Positions 8,703 to 17,715 of a stretch of DNA of 64,000 nucleotides are shown one piece after another. The first letter of the stretch is position 1; every line of letters begins with the position of its first letter. Under the pieces are notes generated by a model. That model ran no database searches and was not told the origin of the DNA. It saw nothing but the letters and a program-made list of their open reading frames with translations. Source of the DNA: Vulcanimicrobiota bacterium (GTDB lineage: Bacteria; Vulcanimicrobiota; Vulcanimicrobiia; Vulcanimicrobiales; Vulcanimicrobiaceae); contig CAWHWL010000020.1 of NCBI GenBank assembly GCA_963833045.1, positions 99,191 through 163,190 of the forward strand, given 5' to 3'. A program made the position numbers and the translations under genes.

Positions 8703-9930
8703 ATGCACTTTTCTCGTCGTCTCGGCGTGCTCGCGATCGCTTCGGCATTGATCGCGGGATACTTTATCGGTACCCCTCGTCTCGCGCTCGGCGACGCGCC
8801 AGGCGTTACCAGCACGCAGATTCTACTCGGAGGCACGCATCCGTTTAGCGGCCCCGCCGCGGCCTATGGAACGATTTCCCAAGGCATCCAAGCATACTTC
8901 GCCTACGTTAACGATCGCGGCGGCGTCAACGGCCGGAAGATCGTCTATAAAGACGTCGACGACGGCTACAATCCGGCACAGACCGTTCAGCTCGTCAAGC
9001 AGCTCGCTGAACAAGATCAGGTTTTCGCCTTCTTCAATACGCTCGGGACGGCGCCGAATGTCGCGATTCAGCCGTATCTGAATCAAAATAAGATCCCGCA
9101 GCTCTTCATCGCGACGGGAGCGACGCAGTTTGGACTCGAGGGAACCAAATATCCGTACACGCTGCTCTTCAATCCCGACTATCAATCGGAAGCGCAGATC
9201 TTCGCCAAAGACCTCATTGCGCACAACAAAAACGCCAAGGTGGCAATCATCTATCAAAACGACGACTTTGGCCAGGATTACGTCACCGGGTTCCAACGGG
9301 CCATCGCAGGCAAGGGACCTACCGTCGTGAAGACCGCGTCCTACGAAGTGACCGATGCCGACGTCGGCTCGCAGATGCAAGCGCTCAAAGCGAGCGGTGC
9401 CGACACGCTGCTGATCGCCGCAACGCCGAAGTTCGCGGTGCAATCGATGGTCATAAAAGCCAAGCTCGGTTGGAATCCCGTCACGTACCTCACCGACGTA
9501 TCGGCGGCGCAATTCCTCATGCAGGCTGCGACCAAGGCCGGCGGTGCCGGAGCAACCAACGGTATCATCACAGCTGAATACGTGCTCGATCCGACCAACC
9601 GGGGCATGGCGGGGCGCCGGGTATGAAGCTGTACCGCGAAATTCTAGCGAAGTACGGTGGGAAAGCGACCCCAACAACGCCTTCGTGATCTACGGCATGG
9701 CTGCCGCGTACACGATGGTCGACGCGCTCCAGCACGCGGGCAAAAACCCGACACGCGAGTCGCTGATGAACGCGGCGCTGCACCTTCACGAGAAGAACCC
9801 GTTCTTCATCGACGGCGTCACGCTGAGCACATCGCCGACCGATCGCTTCCCGATTCGCCAAGAGCAGCTCGGAAAGTATCTAAACGGACTGTTCGTGCCT
9901 TACGGCTTCGTGATCGACGCGCGAAAATAG
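8703..9930 (+). pseudogene. HAAT-family ABC substrate-binding protein (LivK/Peripla_BP_6-like), frame-disrupted
   Basis: The signal peptide and body are in frame 0 (8703..9626). GMKLYREILAKYGGKA reads only in a second frame around 9620-9668. DPNNAFVIYGMAAAYTMVDAL and the C-terminus are in a third frame (ORF 9544..9930). There are at least two frame changes inside G/C runs at about 9598-9670. Confidence 0.6.
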
Positions 9931-10647
9931 GTGCTCCTATCGGTTCGTAACCTGACCCTTCGGTTCGGCGGCGTTACCGCGCTTTCCGACGTCTCGTTCG
10001 ACGTCGAGCGCGGTGAGGTCGCCGGACTGATCGGTCCGAACGGCGCCGGTAAAACGACCTGCTTCAACTGCATCACGCGGCTCTACGATCCCGACTCGGG
10101 CCAGATCAGCGTGAACGGCGAGGATGTGCTACGTTTGCCGGCGCATGCAATAGCGAAAAAGAGAGTTGCACGCACGTTTCAAAACGTCGCGCTTTTCGAT
10201 CGCCTTAGCGTGCTCGACAACGTCATGATCGGGGCGACCGGTGCCGCGTCGACGGAGGCGGAGTCGCGCGAACTCGCGCACGCGGCGCTTGCATATATGG
10301 AGCTTGAACCAATTGCCGAGACGTACGTTGCCTCGCTCCCGTTCCCCACGCGCAAAGCGGTCGAACTTGCGCGCGCGATTGCCGGAAAGCCGCGATTGCT
10401 GTTGCTTGATGAGCCGGCTTCGGGCCTGCGGCATGAAGACGTCGACGGGCTCGGGCGTCGGATCGCAAAACTTGCCGCTGATTGGGAAATGACCGTGCTG
10501 ATGGTCGAACACCACATGGCTCTGGTGATGCAGCTCTGCACGCACATCGTGGTGCTCGATTCGGGCCGTCTGTTAGCCGATGGAACGCCGCAGGACGTGC
10601 AGAACAATCCCGCCGTGATCGAGGCGTATCTGGGAACGGCCGGCTGA
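9931..10647 (+). CDS. ABC transporter ATP-binding protein, LivG-like
   Basis: Walker A GPNGAGKTT, signature SGLRH region, Walker B LLLLDEP, GTG start. Confidence 0.85.
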   Translation: MLLSVRNLTLRFGGVTALSDVSFDVERGEVAGLIGPNGAGKTTCFNCITRLYDPDSGQISVNGEDVLRLPAHAIAKKRVARTFQNVALFDRLSVLDNVMIGATGAASTEAESRELAHAALAYMELEPIAETYVASLPFPTRKAVELARAIAGKPRLLLLDEPASGLRHEDVDGLGRRIAKLAADWEMTVLMVEHHMALVMQLCTHIVVLDSGRLLADGTPQDVQNNPAVIEAYLGTAG

Positions 10648-10648
10648 C

Positions 10649-11356
10649 ATGGCATTACTCGACGCGACCGCGCTGCACGCGCGCTACGGCGAAAATGACG
10701 TGCTGCACGGTATCGATCTACGTGTGGAACCGGGCGAGATCGTCGCGCTGCTTGGCGCCAACGGCGCGGGAAAAACGACGACGTTTCGTGCGCTAACCGG
10801 CGCGGTCAAAACGAACGGTGAAGTCCGTTTCGACGGTTCGGCGTTCACCGGCGCGCCGGAGGATGCAGCACGCCTCGGCATCGCGCACGTTCCGGAGGGG
10901 CGCGGAACCCTGTCGTCACTCACCGTTGCAGAGAACCTGAAGCTCGGTGCATATACGCGTCGCCGTCGCGAGGAGGAGCGCGCGACCTACGATCGCGTGC
11001 TTGCGTACTTTCCGCGGCTACGCGAACGCAGCGCTCAAGCTGCGGGAACGCTCTCCGGCGGCGAGCAACAGATGCTTGCAATCGCGCGCGCGCTGATGAT
11101 GCAACCGCGACTGCTCCTGCTCGATGAGCCTTCGCTCGGGCTTGCGCCGAAGATCGTGCGCGAGATCTTCGATCTGCTGGTGCAGATCAATACTCGCGAC
11201 GGCGTTGCGATCTTGGTTGCAGAGCAAAACGCGAAGCTCGTGCTTTCCGTGTCGTCGCGCGCCTACGTGCTCGAAACCGGTCGCGTCGCCGTCGAAGGCC
11301 GCAGCGCCGATCTCGTTGACGACGAGCGCATTCGGCGCTCCTACCTCGGCTATTAG
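10649..11356 (+). CDS. ABC transporter ATP-binding protein, LivF-like
   Basis: Contains GANGAGKTTT, LSGGEQQMLAIARAL and LLLLDEPS. Confidence 0.85.
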   Translation: MALLDATALHARYGENDVLHGIDLRVEPGEIVALLGANGAGKTTTFRALTGAVKTNGEVRFDGSAFTGAPEDAARLGIAHVPEGRGTLSSLTVAENLKLGAYTRRRREEERATYDRVLAYFPRLRERSAQAAGTLSGGEQQMLAIARALMMQPRLLLLDEPSLGLAPKIVREIFDLLVQINTRDGVAILVAEQNAKLVLSVSSRAYVLETGRVAVEGRSADLVDDERIRRSYLGY

Positions 11357-11486
11357 GCGCGCGTTGCCGACGGCTTTGGGCCACATGGACTACCGACGGG
11401 GCTTGGATTCGCCGGACCTGGGGTATTAACTTAGCCCTCTTCACCAAGACCTAACAGCCCATCCGGCCCCTTGCGGGGGGTCCGCC

Positions 11487-13892
11487 GTGCGGGCTGAACG
11501 AAGGGCCCAACCGATGGCGCAGGTCGAGGCTCGAGGGGCTACAGCGGTGCGTATGCCCTCCGACGTGCGCGGCCTCGCCGCGTACGCGCTTTGGATCCTT
11601 GTCATCGCCGTCGCCTACGTCTTCTTCGCGTACATCGGCTTTTCGATGGCATTCGGCGTCAAACAAATTACCGCCATTTGGCCGCCGACCGGCATTGCGG
11701 TTGCCGCGCTCCTCCTCGGCGGTAAACGCATGTGGCCCGGGGTCTTTCTGGGCGCGTTCATCGCAAATTTCACGAAAGACGAGTCCGCAATCACCGCGCT
11801 CGCGATCGCGGCCGGAAATACGCTCGGCCCGGTGCTTGGCGCATATCTTCTGCGCCGTTTCAATTTCGATCGCAGCTTCGCACGCGTACGCGACGTCGTC
11901 GTCTTCGTCGCGTTCGGCTCGATCCTCGCGATGACGGTGACGGCGACCAACGGCACGCTGCAGCTCGCGCTCGCCCACGTGTTTCCGTGGTCGTCGTACG
12001 GACCGTTGTGGCTCCTGTGGTGGATCGGTGACGCATCCGGCGTGCTGCTCTTCGCGCCGCTCATCCTTACCTGGAGCGACGTCCGCCGTAACGGAATCCT
12101 CGCCGGCGATGCGACGCCCATCGAAATCCTGATTGCGGTGCCGCTCACGTTCGCGTGCGCGTTTCTCGAATTTTTCTCGCGCCTGCCGATGGCGTTTCCG
12201 CTCTATCCGTTCGTCGTCTGGGCAGCGCTCCGGACCGGCGCGCGCGTCATGACGGCGCTGATGGTTGCCATTACGTGGGTCGCGCTCTGGGCGACGGTCC
12301 ACAATTTTGGTCCGTTCACCGTGCTGTCGCTCAATGGGCGCATGATCGCCTTCGTCGTCTTCACCGCCGTGCTGGCTATCACCGGTCTCGTCCTGAGCGC
12401 AATGACCGCCGAGCGACGCTTTGCGCTCGTGCAAATGCAGGCGGCGGAACGTCGCTTCAAAGTTTTGGCTGAAACCCTTCCGCAAATGGTGTGGACGGCC
12501 GATCCCTCCGGAACGATCGACTGGCTCAACCAGCGCTGGCACGAGTTCACCGGCTCCGGTGATCTCTCGCTTGGGATCGCCGATTGGGAACAACTGATCG
12601 CTGCCGGAAAACGGTTCGAACGCGAGCTGCTTCTTTGCCGGGACGACGGCGTGTCACGCTGGTTCCTCATGCGAGGCGAGCCGATGCGCGACAATCGCGG
12701 GAACATCGTTCGCTGGTATGGTACGCACACCGATATCGACGACCAACGCCGCGCATTCGAGCGCACGGCCCGCATCGCAACCACGTTGCAATCCGCGTTC
12801 CTGCCGCAGTCGCTTCCCGAGCATCCCTACATGCGCTTCGATGCGCTCTATCTTACCGCGGGTCAGGAGGTGCTGATCGGTGGCGACTGGTACGATGCGT
12901 TCGCCCTTCCCGATGGGCGCATCGTAATTTCGATCGGCGACGTTACCGGCCACGGACTCAATGCCGCGGTTAGTGCCGGACGTATTCGGCAGAGCATCGT
13001 CGCAACCGCGATCGACAAGACCGACCCGGCCGAGATCCTCACCAAAGTGAACCGCTTGCTGCAGTTGCACGATCCCACCGTTGCAACCGCACTCGTCGCG
13101 CTCATCGACCGCGACGCGCGCACGCTGCACTACGCAAGTGCGGGTCACCCCTCCCCGATCCTCGCGGGTCCCAATACGCGCGCGCACCAACTGCCGTATG
13201 GTTCGCTTCCGCTCGGCGTCGCCGGCAACACCGAATATCGCAGCCATACCGCCGCACTAGAACCCGAGAGCATCGTGGTTTTTTACACCGACGGCATTAC
13301 CGAGTTCTCGCGCGAAATCGAGGCCACCGAGCGCGCGCTTCGCACTGCGATCAACGCGCTTGTCACCAAGCCTTCTCCGCGACCAGCTGAAGCGATTCGC
13401 CAGGCCGTCCTCGGCAATGAAGCTCCGGGCGACGACGCCGTGCTCGTGGTCGTGCGCGTGACCCCGACCACCGGTCCGATCACCGGGGACGAGATCAATT
13501 TGCGCCAAAGCTGGAGCTTCCACTCCAGCCACGCCTACTCGGCACACAGCGCACGACACGAGGTAATGCAGTTCATCGAACGCCTCGCCGGAGCGGATGC
13601 GGATCTCTTCACCGCCGAGCTTATCGTCGGCGAGATCTTGGCCAACACCGTCGAGCACGCGCCGGGTCTGGTAAACATGGAGGTCGACTGGTCCGACGCA
13701 GCGCCGGTCGTCACCGTTGTCGACACGGGCCCCGGTCTCGAGAAATTCGTCGCGCTCCTTCCCGACGACGAGCTCACTGAAGACGGTCGCGGTCTGTTCT
13801 TAGTCAAGACCTTGGCCAACGAGGTTCGCGTCGAATCGGATCAGGGTTACGGCACGAAGATGACGGTCGTGCTGCCGATCGCTCGCGCTTAG
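11487..13892 (+). CDS. MASE1-PAS-PP2C (SpoIIE) phosphatase fused to an RsbW-like HATPase kinase domain
   Basis: About 300 aa of polytopic MASE1-like N-terminus (ITAIWPPTGIAVAALLLGG). A PAS region (MVWTADPSGTIDWLNQRWHEFTG). A PP2C region (GGDWYDAF...IGDVTGHGLNAAV...FYTDGITE). A C-terminal GEILANTVEHAP...DTGPG...GRGLFLV segment. The start (GTG 11487 versus ATG 11514) is uncertain. Confidence 0.8.
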   Translation: MRAERRAQPMAQVEARGATAVRMPSDVRGLAAYALWILVIAVAYVFFAYIGFSMAFGVKQITAIWPPTGIAVAALLLGGKRMWPGVFLGAFIANFTKDESAITALAIAAGNTLGPVLGAYLLRRFNFDRSFARVRDVVVFVAFGSILAMTVTATNGTLQLALAHVFPWSSYGPLWLLWWIGDASGVLLFAPLILTWSDVRRNGILAGDATPIEILIAVPLTFACAFLEFFSRLPMAFPLYPFVVWAALRTGARVMTALMVAITWVALWATVHNFGPFTVLSLNGRMIAFVVFTAVLAITGLVLSAMTAERRFALVQMQAAERRFKVLAETLPQMVWTADPSGTIDWLNQRWHEFTGSGDLSLGIADWEQLIAAGKRFERELLLCRDDGVSRWFLMRGEPMRDNRGNIVRWYGTHTDIDDQRRAFERTARIATTLQSAFLPQSLPEHPYMRFDALYLTAGQEVLIGGDWYDAFALPDGRIVISIGDVTGHGLNAAVSAGRIRQSIVATAIDKTDPAEILTKVNRLLQLHDPTVATALVALIDRDARTLHYASAGHPSPILAGPNTRAHQLPYGSLPLGVAGNTEYRSHTAALEPESIVVFYTDGITEFSREIEATERALRTAINALVTKPSPRPAEAIRQAVLGNEAPGDDAVLVVVRVTPTTGPITGDEINLRQSWSFHSSHAYSAHSARHEVMQFIERLAGADADLFTAELIVGEILANTVEHAPGLVNMEVDWSDAAPVVTVVDTGPGLEKFVALLPDDELTEDGRGLFLVKTLANEVRVESDQGYGTKMTVVLPIARA

Positions 13893-13967
13893 TTTTCCCT
13901 ACCTTTTCACCCTCAGCGTAGGTTTGGCTGCATGCTTCTGACGCTGTGAGTCCAATATTGCTGCGAT

Positions 13968-14624
13968 GTGAGCCCTTCATTTCGGCTTCGACTCGCATCA
14001 GCGGTTAAGGCGACCGTCGACGGTTTCCCGAAACCCGTGCGCGTTACGGTTATCGATCTTTCGATTGGCGGCTGCCGTTTGAGGTCCGCGAGCATCCTCT
14101 TGACGGGTTCCGAGATCCGGTTCAACCTGCCGGCCTGCGGAAGGAATATCCCTATCGTCGGAAAGATCCGCCACAACTCCGGAAGCTCGGCGGATTCTCT
14201 CGAATACGGCGTAGAGTTTGCAAAGCTTGCGCCCGACGATAGTAAGTTGTTGGGCCGTTTTCTCGAAGAGGAACGTTTGAAGACCTCAGCCGCCGATAGC
14301 GCGATTCGCGTCGAAACCGAGTTCAACGTGACATGTTCGATGCCCGGGACAAAGGATGAGATTAATGCACTCGCACTCGATTTGAGTCGCGGCGGCATGC
14401 GCCTCGCATTCGAGAAGCGCATTGTCGAGGGCAGCACGTTGAGCATGCGGTTCTTGTTACCGAACGGCGAGGCGGGGCGCCCTTTGCAGTTGCGTGGAAA
14501 AGTCGTGCATGCGACGCAGCAATTTCGCGAATTCCACCACAGCGTCGTATTCGTCGATATCTCGCCGGCGGTTGGCGACGAAATCGAGCGGCTCGTTCGC
14601 GCCTTGCGACTGAACCAACGCTAA
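13968..14624 (+). CDS. Tandem PilZ-domain protein
   Basis: Two repeats each carry a DxSxGG motif (VIDLSIGGCRL and ALDLSRGGMRL). GTG start. An in-frame stop at 13947-13949 bounds the N-terminus. Confidence 0.7.
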   Translation: MSPSFRLRLASAVKATVDGFPKPVRVTVIDLSIGGCRLRSASILLTGSEIRFNLPACGRNIPIVGKIRHNSGSSADSLEYGVEFAKLAPDDSKLLGRFLEEERLKTSAADSAIRVETEFNVTCSMPGTKDEINALALDLSRGGMRLAFEKRIVEGSTLSMRFLLPNGEAGRPLQLRGKVVHATQQFREFHHSVVFVDISPAVGDEIERLVRALRLNQR

Positions 14625-14715
14625 TAGCGGCGAAGTCGCCGAGACCGTGGCACCCAAGACGTGGCGGAAGCCGCGTTTGCTGTTGCTGTCACGTTGTCGA
14701 ACTGCGGGGGTTAAA

Positions 14716-15153
14716 ATGCAGCGTTGGTCCATGTTAGCCGCATTACTGTCGGCCACAGTGATTATGTCGGCTTGCTCGTCAACCCAGTCGGCACTTCCGA
14801 ACATTACCGCTGCGAGTGGCGCGAATAGCCCGTACCTGGCGCAGTCTAGCGCAGCTCAACGCGGGGGCGGTGGAAAGCACGCCTACGATAGCTGCGACGG
14901 CACCACGTGCAGTGTAACAAATCCCGGTGGAGACTCCTCAGGGGGTGGAACCGACAGCCAGGGCTCAGGGCCAGTATCCGGCGGCCTCTGCCACGCATAC
15001 GAGATGAAGGATGGCGTCGCCCTGTTGCAGCCACCAATGACATGCCGAGCCACTTCCTCGAGGCGCTTGACCAAAGCCCGCTGCAACTCAAGCGACTCCC
15101 GGGCAGGCTGCCAGAAGGCCTTCGCGTCGTGGACTGCAGCGCAGATGAAATGA
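14716..15153 (+). CDS. Putative Cys-rich lipoprotein
   Basis: Signal peptide MQRWSMLAALLSATVIMSAC with a lipobox-like IMSAC. The mature part is Gly/Ser-rich with several additional Cys. Local GC looks lower than the surroundings, and no family was recognised. Confidence 0.45.
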   Translation: MQRWSMLAALLSATVIMSACSSTQSALPNITAASGANSPYLAQSSAAQRGGGGKHAYDSCDGTTCSVTNPGGDSSGGGTDSQGSGPVSGGLCHAYEMKDGVALLQPPMTCRATSSRRLTKARCNSSDSRAGCQKAFASWTAAQMK

Positions 15154-15240
15154 AGACGCGGCTACGTTAAGATCAACGATTCCTTGTCGCACGCCCGCAA
15201 TACGGCGCTCGCATGGCGATAGAAGAACGATCGCTCGAGC

Positions 15241-15933
15241 CTAAACGCCGAGAAACTCGAGCAGCTCGCGCTCGCGGCTGCGCACTTCCTGGCTTCCCAG
15301 CGTCTGCGTGACCTGACCGTGCACGACGATGTGATGACGATCCGCGACTTCCGCGGCGAAGCGTACGTTTTGCTCGACCAGCAGCACCGAGAGCCCTGCG
15401 GCTTTCATCTCGAGAATCACTTCGCCGATGCGCTCGACCAGCACCGGCGCGAGTCCCTCGGTCGGCTCGTCGAGCAGGATCGTCTTGGCTCCGCAGCGCA
15501 GCGCGCGCGCGATCGCCAGCATTTGCTGCTCGCCGCCCGAGAGCGTCGTTCCAACCGCCGACGCCCGCTCGCGCAGATTGGGAAACGTCTCGAAGATCTG
15601 TTCTTCGCTCCAGCCTCCCGGCGCAATTGCCGGCGCGAAGAGCAGGTTCTCGCGCACGCTCAGCGTCGAGAAAATCCCCCGCTCTTCGGGAACGTAGGCG
15701 ATGCCACGGTGTGCGATGCGATCCGAGGAGAGCCCCGAAATCGTAACGCCGTCCAACTCGATGGTTCCCGAACGCGGCTCGACGATGCCCATGATCGCGC
15801 GCAGCGTCGTCGTTTTTCCGGCGCCGTTTCTTCCGATCAAGGTCGCCACTTCGCCGTCGCGCACGTCGAACGACATACCGTGAAGGATGTGCGCCTCATC
15901 GTAATACGCGTTGACGTCACGCAATTGCAACAT
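15241..15933 (-). CDS. ABC transporter ATP-binding protein, LivF-like
   Basis: Contains GRNGAGKTTT, LSGGEQQMLAIARAL and ILLDEPT. Confidence 0.85.
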   Translation of the reverse strand: MLQLRDVNAYYDEAHILHGMSFDVRDGEVATLIGRNGAGKTTTLRAIMGIVEPRSGTIELDGVTISGLSSDRIAHRGIAYVPEERGIFSTLSVRENLLFAPAIAPGGWSEEQIFETFPNLRERASAVGTTLSGGEQQMLAIARALRCGAKTILLDEPTEGLAPVLVERIGEVILEMKAAGLSVLLVEQNVRFAAEVADRHHIVVHGQVTQTLGSQEVRSRERELLEFLGV

Positions 15934-15937
15934 AGCT

Positions 15938-16699
15938 TTAGTGTTTGGCTCCGCCGAGATAGGCTTCGATCACGCGTTCGTCGGCGCGCACCTCATCGTA
16001 GCGGCCTTCGGCCAGAACCTTGCCGCGCGCAAGGACCGTGACCCGATCGCAAAGATGCTCGACGACGCGCAGATTGTGCTCCACCAGCACGACGGTCCGG
16101 GCGCGCGCGATCTCGCGGATCAGCGCGATCGTTCGCTCGATGTCCTCGGCCCCCATGCCCGCCGTCGGTTCATCCAGCAGCAACACCGACGGTTCTTGCG
16201 AAACGGCAATCGCCAACTCCAGCGCGCGCTTTTTTCCATACGCGAGGTTGGCGGCAGGCGTGTCGCTCTCGCTCTCGATTCCGACCGCTGCCAGCATGCG
16301 TTGGGCGGGCTCGTCGAAGACCGCGGCGGCACGCGCCGGTTCGAGCAGCCTCCATGAAAGATTCGATCGCGACTGAAGCGCGATTTTGACGTTCTCGAGC
16401 GCGCTTGAATGCGGAAAGATGCTGCTGATTTGAAAGCTTCGCACCACGCCCATGCGCGCAATCGATGCGGCGTCGAGTTTGGTCGTGTCGGCGCTCCTGA
16501 TCGTCACCTGCCCGGAAGTCGCCCGGACGAAACCCGAAAGCACGCCGAGCAACGTGCTCTTTCCGGCACCGTTGGGGCCGATCACGGCGTGAATCGACCC
16601 TTCACGCACGCCGAAGCTCAGTCCGTCGAGCGCGCGAAACCCCGAAAACGATTTGACGATGTCGAGCGCGCGAATCAGCGGCTGCGAAGTTGCCGGCAT
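15938..16699 (-). CDS. ABC transporter ATP-binding protein, LivG-like
   Basis: Contains GPNGAGKSTL and LLLDEPTAGM. First gene of a two-gene minus-strand unit with no adjacent permease or binding protein. Confidence 0.85.
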   Translation of the reverse strand: MPATSQPLIRALDIVKSFSGFRALDGLSFGVREGSIHAVIGPNGAGKSTLLGVLSGFVRATSGQVTIRSADTTKLDAASIARMGVVRSFQISSIFPHSSALENVKIALQSRSNLSWRLLEPARAAAVFDEPAQRMLAAVGIESESDTPAANLAYGKKRALELAIAVSQEPSVLLLDEPTAGMGAEDIERTIALIREIARARTVVLVEHNLRVVEHLCDRVTVLARGKVLAEGRYDEVRADERVIEAYLGGAKH

Positions 16700-16804
16700 T
16701 GCATCTTACCTAACCACGAGGGATCGGGTCGCCGCAATACCCCCGAAAAGGTGTATTCGCAAGCGCGCTGACCCTGCCAGACTCATGTACGGAGGTAACT
16801 CGCA

Positions 16805-17587
16805 TTGAGGTTGGCGGGGAAAGTCGCCCTGATCACCGGTGCCGCAAGCGGCATCGGGCTTGAGATTGCGCGCACGATGGCACGCGAGGGGGCGGCGGTA
16901 GCGATCGCCGATATCTCGCTCGACGGCGCCCAAGCCGCTGCCGCGCGCATCGAACTCGAGGGTGGCCGCGCCATTGCCGTGGATATGGACGTGACCGATG
17001 AAGCGCAGGTCTCGTCCGGCGTGAACCGTACCGCCGCCGCGTACGGCGGCCTCGACATCGTCGTCAGCAATGCCGGCGTCCAATATATTGCTCCCATTCA
17101 CGAGCTCGCGTACGAGGATTGGCGACGCGTCGTGAGCATCCACCTCGATGCGGCATTCCTCGTCACCAGGGCAGCCCTGCAGCATATGTACGCACGGCAC
17201 AAGGGCGGCTCGATCATCTACATGGGATCGGTACATTCTAAGGAAGCCTCGCCGCTCAAGGCGCCCTACGTGGCGGCCAAACACGGGTTGCTCGGGCTCG
17301 CGCGGACGGTCGCGAAGGAGGGTGCGCCCTTCGGGGTGCGCTCGAACGTCGTCTGCCCGGGCTTTGTGCGGACGCCGCTGGTCGAGCGCCAAATCCCCGA
17401 ACAAGCAGCGGCCCTCGGCATTTCCGAGGCCGACGTGATCAAGAACGTGATGCTCAAGGAAACCGTCGATGGCGAGTTCACCACGACGGTAGACGTAGCA
17501 GAGACGACGGTATTCTTAGCAGCCTTTCCTAGTAATGCATTGACCGGGCAGTCGATTGTGGTCAGTCACGGTTGGTTCATGCAGTAA
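16805..17587 (+). CDS. bdhA: 3-hydroxybutyrate dehydrogenase (classical SDR)
   Basis: Contains [44 protein letters not shown] and the C-terminal [15 protein letters not shown], typical of D-beta-hydroxybutyrate dehydrogenases. TTG start. Confidence 0.75.
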   Translation: MRLAGKVALITGAASGIGLEIARTMAREGAAVAIADISLDGAQAAAARIELEGGRAIAVDMDVTDEAQVSSGVNRTAAAYGGLDIVVSNAGVQYIAPIHELAYEDWRRVVSIHLDAAFLVTRAALQHMYARHKGGSIIYMGSVHSKEASPLKAPYVAAKHGLLGLARTVAKEGAPFGVRSNVVCPGFVRTPLVERQIPEQAAALGISEADVIKNVMLKETVDGEFTTTVDVAETTVFLAAFPSNALTGQSIVVSHGWFMQ

Positions 17588-17611
17588 TAACTTAATACGA
17601 TCCTTAGGGTG

Positions 17612-17640
17612 TAGATAGGAAAACGCGTTTGTGGGATAAT
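17612..17640 (+). promoter_or_regulatory. Candidate sigma70-type promoter for the OMP gene
   Basis: TAGATA (17612-17617), a 17 nt spacer, then GATAAT (17635-17640) preceded by TGTGG, all inside an unusually AT-rich intergenic stretch. Sequence pattern only. Confidence 0.25.
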
Positions 17641-17715
17641 ACACCTTAACCAAGGGGGCCGGAAGCACAAGCGCTCGGCCACCTTTCCTAATGACGATAA
17701 TTGATTGGAGGCACA

